DNA of 14,718 bases from Paraspadella gotoi (lineage: Eukaryota > Animalia > Chaetognatha): the NCBI GenBank assembly GCA_051294375.1, contig CM119267.1, forward strand, positions 16,764,821-16,779,538, given 5' to 3'. Under the pieces are notes generated by a model that did not search any database, was not told the DNA's origin, and saw nothing but the letters and a program-made list of their open reading frames with translations. The translations under genes and the position numbers were made by a program. Shown here one piece after another: positions 8,381 to 14,718 of the stretch. Numbering within the stretch: the first letter of the stretch is position 1; each line of letters begins with the position of its first letter.

Positions 8381-9313
8381 CAATCATGCTTCTTAAGTGT
8401 GAATATCAATACGAGGGAGTTGAAAATTGTTATATATGGCTTCTTAATCATCAGAGAGTCTTTAAAAAATTCCATGTTTCTCATATCAAATATTCCTATT
8501 TGTTTATGTTTTATTTACAAACAAAAACCTTTAAATATATGTCTGCTTTCCTCTCCTCTCTTTCTTTTAATTATATGTCGCTGCTCTCTCTCTCTTTTGT
8601 TTCTCAGTGCACTGCTTCTTCTGGATTTTGTCCTAAAAACGAGTTCTGGCTCTGCAGGCGTCACATGCAGCGGTCCGTCCAGCTTCTTTCTCTTCTCGTC
8701 TCTGCTCTCTCTCATCTGTCTCCTCTCTCACTNNNNNNNNNNNNNNNNNNNNNNNNNGAATCGATAAACTTAGTTATTACGTTTCAATCGGAGGAAATTA
8801 AAAAAAAATTTTGTGATGTCATTTTCTTAAAAAAATCTACAATGACAAAGTCGTCTCCTTCGAATTCTCAGTTGCCGGAGGCAAATACAACAGCAGCAAT
8901 CGCGACACTGGTGATGGCGCCGCCTCCTGGATGGGTCCCGACGAAAAGAAAGGATGGCTCTACTGCAACCAATGCTTTCACAACTGAAGACGCCTCCACC
9001 ATTACAAACTTTATTTCCTTTGACGACGCATCTACCTTAACACAATGTGGAGAAAGCATAGATGCGTCATGTTCAACTGATCATGTCATTTTGGCGATTC
9101 TGCCATCTCTACTATTGATGCCGCAAATACCAACGCCACCACGCAAATGGTCATCAGTTATGATGTCACTCTTGAGGATGCGATGGAGGCCGCTATTGAC
9201 GTCCTTAACGGGGCGAGACTCTCGTCGCCGTCAATGGATGACAATCTTCACAAACACGGCTCTCACGGCAATTTGTGCTGTACGACGCCAACTCAGGATG
9301 TCAAAGCCGACGT

Positions 9314-9718
9314 TCAAATCGTCTTTGCGAGTTGCAAAGGCGGCGATCCCTTTGCCTCAGCCAGCGCCGCCTCTGCGGCTGGCACCGCCACCTTTGTGGC
9401 TTGCACCACCAAAGTTTTCCCAGCCATATCCAACTTCTCGGCCATTTCCGCCTCCTTCCCGGGTGTTTCAACCTCCTTCCAAAACGGTACCAGTTCGTCA
9501 CATGCCAGTCGTCTCGCGTAGTAGGCTGGCAGCATCGTTTCAAAAGCCAGCCAATTTTTGACAAGCCCTGACGCCACCTCTGCCTCCGCGGCTATCAATG
9601 AATCGACGTACTTACGCCGCCATTTGCGCGGTTTCACCCACAAGACATCAGCAACTGCCACCAATAAAAAAATGCCAGTGTTCCTCTGCGCCATTTCCAT
9701 TTCCACTCCCAAGACCAC
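9314..9718 (-). CDS. Possible antisense ORF (134 aa, E/K/A-rich, helical-looking) just upstream of the family A 3' LTR; function unknown, may be decayed
   Basis: GC-rich island; minus-strand translation ..ELVPFWKEVETPGKEAEMAEKLDMAGKTLVVQATKVAVPAAEAALAEAK.. looks more protein-like than the overlapping S/F/A/T-rich plus-strand frames. Confidence 0.35.
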   Translation of the reverse strand: MVLGVEMEMAQRNTGIFLLVAVADVLWVKPRKWRRKYVDSLIAAEAEVASGLVKNWLAFETMLPAYYARRLACDELVPFWKEVETPGKEAEMAEKLDMAGKTLVVQATKVAVPAAEAALAEAKGSPPLQLAKTI

Positions 9719-9748
9719 GCCCAGAAGAAAGTCCTTTGGACTTTTTCC

Positions 9749-9760
9749 GGGGGGCGGGGA
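9749..9760 (+). promoter_or_regulatory. Polypurine tract of family A
   Basis: GGGGGGCGGGGA directly before TGTGGCG. Confidence 0.8.
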
Positions 9761-9946
9761 TGTGGCGACGAAGGTTTCGCCACTATGGGGTCAACCCGAA
9801 TTGGCCACTGTTTAGTGGTCGCAAAGAAAACCGGCTCCTAATCTCTCTCTCTTACTTAACCGGTGCCTCTCTCATTGTAGTTAGTCTTGCACGGTCTTGT
9901 ACATTGAACGTCTGTCATATACATTATGTGATTATGTACCACTACA
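9761..9946 (+). repeat. Family A 3' LTR
   Basis: Direct repeat of 6695-6901 with small deletions; followed by TSD CGGT. Confidence 0.9.
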
Positions 9947-10835
9947 CGGTTTTTTTGTTTTAATAACGTCAGTATGTACCTCATCTTTTAAAACTAATAA
10001 ATAAGTTAAAAATATTCTCTTTATCAAAAATAAATGCAAGTCACAAAAAGTTACAAATTAAAAGTTGTCTTTAAAAATTATTTGATATTTTTGTAGGTGT
10101 TAAAAGCTTATTCAATAGGCTATATTTTCTGTTAATTTTAACCAATTCGATTTATTTTTGTTTAACAAATTATGATAAAAGACTGAAACTGCAACTTTTT
10201 GACTTGTTAACTTTAAAATAAATTCATAGGCAAACTATAAATGATTTAAGAAAATAAATTTACCCAGAGGTAAAAAAGATATGGAAGAACGGATTTCCAA
10301 AGTAAAAAAATCTTTTCAACTTTCCTTGGCATTCAAATCAGAAGTTGTAAGTAAAAATGGATAAAAGTGGACATAATTTTTTTTCCTAAAAGTTGCCAAA
10401 ATGGTACTCTTTTATCATTAGAAACGGGTAGAGATATTCCTAGCCAATCCTTCGTTCGGCCCAATTTGTGTTATGACACAAAGTTAATCAACATTAAGTA
10501 ACAACTGAACAATAGTGGAAAGAGTCGTTTTTTCCTAAATGCAACGTTTGTATGCGGAACCCAAACAAATCCCCAAAAAAAATCAAAGATTTTGTTGAAG
10601 TGAAAGACAATGTATCATCACATTATGCAGCAGCAACTAAGCCAAATTTATTTTATAGGGGATCAATCTTTTTCACTGCTTGCCAAGGACCATTTTTTGC
10701 CCCAAATCTGATAAAAAACATTGTCAGAAATATAATATTAATAATAATGTGAATAGTCCTCTTGATCAAAAAAAAGTGAAAACAGTTGGAGTATTAGTAT
10801 ATTATGGTGGACTAAAATCCACCAACCGTTCATCA

Positions 10836-10907
10836 GCGGCCATTGGTGCCGGAGGCAAGTCATTCTCCTCCCAACCCAAAGGTCCGGGGTTCTAGCCCGG
10901 TGGTCGT
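10836..10907 (+). promoter_or_regulatory. tRNA-like module (Gly-CCC-like, tentative) in the solo LTR
   Basis: Acceptor-like stem GCGGCCA/TGGTCGT; D-like GGTG/CATT with A box at 10844-10855; CTCCCAA loop; CCGGG/CCCGG arm with B box GGTTCTAGCCC (10888-10898). The anticodon stem is broken, so it is not a functional tRNA. Confidence 0.75.
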
Positions 10908-10910
10908 CTG

Positions 10911-10984
10911 GCAGTTAAGAGGGACGGGGCGCTTAACCCGCCTGTAACATGGTGTTACAGCCTGATCCGAAGCTCAGGGACTGC
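10911..10984 (+). ncRNA. Twister ribozyme, type P5 (copy 3, cleanest); predicted cleavage between U10934 and A10935
   Basis: P5 GCAGTT/GACTGC; GACGG (10923-10927) in place of consensus GAGGG; vestigial P1 GGCGCT; UAA; P2 CCC/G(A)GG; T2 GC-GC; P3 CTGTAAC/GTTACAG; P4 CCTG/CAGG with loop AUCCGAAGCU (typical twister loop GUCCCAAGCC). Confidence 0.82.
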
Positions 10985-11219
10985 TTATATTGAACGATTC
11001 TGTCATTAACACTTATCAATAATTACTGTCTCTTCAATGTATTAAATAATTTTATGCAGTTCAAAAATAATCTTTTTATTCAGTCTTAGGGAGGTCATAT
11101 TAAATATTAAAACTTATTTACCGGCCAAAAAATATTTTTAACAATGAAATTAACTAACATTTCCAAACCGCGACAATATTTTTTTCATCATGGTACCTTA
11201 ATTTTTAGCTTCAATATCA

Positions 11220-11433
11220 TTGTGATTAAACTTTATTTTGTTGTGTTTTTAGATATTTGAAATTAAAGACAAAGTCTTGATACAGCAACGATTTTATTTT
11301 TATTGTTCAGACAAGTTTCGGCTTTCAATCAAGCCGAAAAGCACTGATGAAGGCTTGAATGAAAGCCGAAACTTGTCTGAACAATAAAAATAAAATCGTT
11401 GCTGTATCAAGACTTCGTCTTTAATTTCAAATA
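11220..11433. mobile_element. Short Penelope-like insertion: inverted pseudo-LTR pair with a 34-nt extension and a target duplication
   Basis: 82-bp near-perfect inverted arms at 11254-11335 and 11352-11433; flanking direct repeat TAGCTTCAATATCA (11206-11219, 11432-11445); hammerhead core at the centre followed by AATAAA. Confidence 0.75.
11342..11379 (+). ncRNA. Minimal type I hammerhead ribozyme core (stem I truncated)
   Basis: CTGATGA-A-GGCTT(gaatga)AAGCC-GAAAC-TT-GTC; cleavage would follow C11377. Only 2 bp of stem I (CA/TG) remain. Confidence 0.7.
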
Positions 11434-11606
11434 GCTTCAATATCAAAATTCGCCTCGATAGTTCCAACTCTAAATGTAGAATTTCATGAAATTCGATCGG
11501 GTAGTTTGGTGGGAACAGATTCTGGTGACAAAAAAGGGGTACCTCATTTTATAATATGAAGCTTTCTGTACTATATTTAATGACTAAAAGAAAACAACTC
11601 TTGCAG

Positions 11607-12112
11607 AATCGAGCAACGCTATTGCAATTGGCAGATCGAAGATTCCATGATGGGCAACATTGTTTCAATTGTCGCCTCGACGACCAGCTTGGCTAAATTC
11701 GCCGCAATTAACAGAACCAAATTCATTTCCAACAAAGCTCCATCAAATTATATTCAGTACATTTCTAAGGCCTTTGTGCTTATAATTGTAAATTTTCTGG
11801 GTGTTGCTCAAGGGGTTTTCGGAATGTCACTCTGCTTATACCTTATATATGTCAACAGTTTGTTGAACTGCTTGTCTCTTGTATTCATCACCCCAACTGC
11901 CCTGCTTCGAGTCTTTAGCTTGAGTGATATAAGGAGGCTTCTTCAAAAATTAATGAAAAATACTCTGAACCATAATTTGGCGATCGACAACGAAATATTT
12001 TTCCTGATCATGACTGTGCTTTGGAATGTATGGATTTTTTCATTTTTTTGCCTTTTACAAAAAAACGTTATTCTGAGCAGATTTAACAATCCCTTAATAA
12101 GAGAAGAAAAAG
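11607..12112 (+). CDS. Probable internal exon of a multi-pass membrane protein gene
   Basis: Acceptor ctcttgcAG at 11605-11606, open frame with hydrophobic stretches, donor AAG|GTTTGA at 12112/12113 in phase 1, matching the next exon. Confidence 0.5.
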
Positions 12113-12662
12113 GTTTGATTCATTATTAAACTTATCTAATATCCTTTGCTGTGAAGGGAGAGACATAAAATGGTTCAAACAAAATAGAATTAAAAAATAG
12201 GTCAAATGATAAGCATTCCTTTTTCACTACTGAAGTTGATTAAATTTAATAAACTGTAAAATAAGTAGGGAATATTTAAAGGGATTCTCAAATATGAAAT
12301 CGGGTCTCTTTTCCAAAAGTTCTTCATTCATTAACTTAACTTCATCTCATAAATTCATTATAGTCAAGTTAGATCACCAGGAATTTGAAGTTTTTATCAT
12401 TAATTGCTGTGGTTTTTTTTTCTAATCAATTAGAGGAAATCACATCTGACATCTCTCTTTTTAATATGGGCAAATTAAAGTTAAATTCATAAAAGTAAAG
12501 ATTATTTTTATAGGGAGAATAGTATGAAATCAAAACGCAGAAATTCAAAGGGTAAATATATTTATAAATTTAACTTTCTCCTTAATGATTTCTTTTAAAG
12601 TTTAAAAGTAATCTGACCAAAGAGCAATTTATTGTGCTGAGTTTTCTTTCTTTTTTTTGCAG

Positions 12663-14044
12663 AAGATGATTACATTCCTTGGGGTCTGGCCAATCTGCAT
12701 ACTAATCAAACTCCTCGAGTGACAATATTCCTGGATATGAATAGTGATGGCTACTTGAAATATAGAAAATTTAATGTTGAAGGAAAGGTCTTTGGTAAAA
12801 CAAAATGGTCTTCTTTCAGTTTTTTAAAGCAAAAGCACATTGTTGAAACCTTAGATGGTGAAAGTTCTGAATTGCGCCGTTTTCAAAGTATAAGACTGGG
12901 CAACTACAAAATTCTGAATCCTGGATATGACATAAAGCTACTCCTGGTTTTTCTAGATATTTTTCTTGGCTTTTGCTACATCCTTGTATTTGGAATTATG
13001 AAAAAGGCTTTGATAAAATTAATGAAATCATTGATACCAATGATAATTACTGCTATAATAATCTATTTGAATATTTTCTTTTTCGTTGTTCACATTAATA
13101 TTAATCAATTTAACAATTTAGATGTGTCCAATAAATACCTACCATTTTTACTGATGAAAAAATACAGGCGTATAGTTTTAACCAATGATAAAGTGATTTA
13201 TGCACATTTTCATTCATTAATAACCCTTACAAAATTTTCAAACCTTTTGGCAAATTATTGGATTGCTGCAGCAACAACTGCATTCATAATAATTTTGCAG
13301 AGTGTAGCCACAAAAAAGCATAATCACCAAATATTCTTAGTTTTTATGGGAGCGCTATCTATTTCTTTTCCGGTTGCAACAATTTCTTGGTGGAATAGGT
13401 TGGACCAAACTGCTTTTGATGGCTTTGAAGACATTTGCTCAAAATCATATGTTCAGTTCAGTTCAGATTTTAGTTTTATTAAAGTATACAGGCCTTTAAT
13501 TATCAGATTGATGACCTTTTTTTTTTTCAAGGAAAACTTTTTCTTTCTTACTTTGCTTTCATTTCTGCCCATGTTGAAGGTTGTGTTTTTTGCTTTAACA
13601 TCTCTTTCTTCGAAGAGAAAGGTTGCCAAATTCATGATGGGATCCTTGATCGCTTTGATGGTAATTCCTGTTTATTTCTACACACAAGAATACGGACAAA
13701 TCAACTTGACCCAGAGCCTCATTACAGAAAACATTCATCTGCAAAAGCATTTGTTATATTTTAACAAAATTGGTAAAATAGGAGGGACCATTAACAGAGG
13801 ATGTGAACATTTGGCCCCATCATTCTTGTCGATTATGTCATTTTTTGAAATTTTATCAGATTGTTATGGATTTAAATTATACAATTTGACCAATAAGCGT
13901 ATGGAGGCAATATGGAATAACTTTGAAGAAGTCAAAGATGCAACAAAAAGGGGAATCAATCTTCTATTTTCAAGCAACTCAGCACTCTGGAATTTCCTGT
14001 TGTTAATATTTCCAGCCACTTGGGTGCTGCTTAATTTTCAATAA
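12663..14044 (+). CDS. Probable terminal exon (~460 codons) of a multi-pass membrane protein, possibly chemoreceptor-like
   Basis: Strong polypyrimidine acceptor ttttctttctttttttttgcAG (ends 12662); frame open from (E)DDYIPWGLAN to TAA at 14042-14044 in very AT-rich DNA; about 7 hydrophobic segments. Confidence 0.75.
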
Positions 14045-14115
14045 AAAATTATGTAAACCTATCTAAAAAAATTCTATCAAACTTGAACTGAGTTTATAAC
14101 AGTTTAATTCACAAG

Positions 14116-14303
14116 CAGGGATGTGGAGCTGGATCTGGAGCTGGAGTCGGAGCTGTCGGAGCTGGCATATTTGGCCGAAGCTGGTTCTGTAGCTGAATTT
14201 ATTTTCTTACCGGAGCGGGAGCTGGAGCCGGAGCTTAGATTTTATCTTGGCCAGTGCTGGAGCTGAAGTCGGAGCAGGCAAAAAAAGGTCCAACTCCAGC
14301 TCC
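14116..14303 (+). mobile_element. MITE fragment with (GGAGCY)n subterminal repeats
   Basis: Starts CAGGGATGTGGAGC, followed by many GGAGCT/GGAGCC/GGAGTC hexamers. Confidence 0.7.
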
Positions 14304-14495
14304 AAAAATTTTTTTGGAAATAATAAAATTTTTAAAAATGAAAAATAATATTAATTTTTTCAAATATGAAGGATATGCTATTTGATGACAGTGACCATTA
14401 ATTAAGATAGTTTTACTTACAAGTTTCTGTCTTGAAACTTGTAAACATTTTTATCGCGATTTGATTGAAAGTATTATAAAAAATATACAGGGTAG

Positions 14496-14637
14496 CAGGG
14501 TTGTGGAGCCGACCTAATTTTCTCTCGGCTCCAGCTCCGGCTCCAGCTTCAGGCCAAATTTTTTTCGGCTCCGGCTCCAGCTTCGGCTCCAGCAAAAATT
14601 TCAACTCGGCTCCGGCTCCGGCTCCAACTCCAACTCC
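14496..14637 (-). mobile_element. Second MITE end of the same family, in opposite orientation
   Basis: CAGGGTTGTGGAGCC terminus followed by (GGCTCC/AGCTCC)n; this explains the PAPAP/GAGAG ORFs. Confidence 0.7.
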
Positions 14638-14718
14638 TTGTAATTATATAATTTATATTATGATTATATTTAATATTTATTTTAGAGAGAGCAAAGAATT
14701 TTGAATTTTAACAACGAT

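Larger units (their letters stand above)
6695..9946 (+). mobile_element. LTR retroelement 'family A' (Gypsy-like, no recognisable gag/pol) carrying nested insertions
   Basis: Direct TG...CA repeats at 6695-6901 and 9761-9946, 4-bp TSD CGGT (6691-6694 and 9947-9950), PBS after the 5' LTR and PPT before the 3' LTR. It spans the gap at 8733-8757. Confidence 0.85.
10800..11036 (+). mobile_element. Solo LTR of TRIM family B
   Basis: Full-length match to 7573-7807 (TATTATGGTGGAC...GTCTCTTCA), with no PBS or PPT adjacent. Flanks TAGTA/ATGTA are at best an imperfect TSD. Confidence 0.88.

Noticed and set aside
8236-9561. 441-aa ORF
   Set aside because: Runs through a (CGT)n repeat, CT-rich low-quality sequence and an N gap; a chimeric artefact.
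10804-11036. Interpretation of family B as a plain tRNA SINE or a HINE
   Set aside because: No poly(A) or simple-repeat tail; TG..CA ends, PBS and PPT at 7160-7807 identify it as an LTR.
14413-14704. Pro/Ala- and Gly/Ala-repeat ORFs
   Set aside because: Translations of (GGCTCC)n MITE subterminal repeats.

Overview
AT-rich, repeat-dense animal-type genomic DNA from a noisy draft assembly (three 25-26 N gaps, many small indels). It is almost all transposon-derived, apart from two probable exons of a multi-pass membrane protein gene (11607-12112, 12663-14044). The main find is a ~650-bp non-coding LTR retroelement (TRIM) at ~7160-7807, with a solo LTR at 10800-11036. Each ~235-bp LTR contains a tRNA-derived Pol III head directly followed by what reads as a type-P5 twister ribozyme with compensatory base changes. 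The internal region has a PBS and a PPT, and the unit has no TTTT terminator. A single Pol III transcript could therefore be cut twice and release a ~412-nt unit-length RNA with ligatable ends, i.e. a candidate 'twister retrozyme'. It is nested in a related LTR element (6695-9946, CGGT target duplication, same PBS). Also present: a large foldback/Tc1-like palindrome, a truncated Penelope GIY-YIG ORF, an inverted Penelope pseudo-LTR with a minimal hammerhead core, Helentron-type non-autonomous elements and (GGAGCC)n MITE pieces. All calls were made by eye; no searches or folding programs were run.
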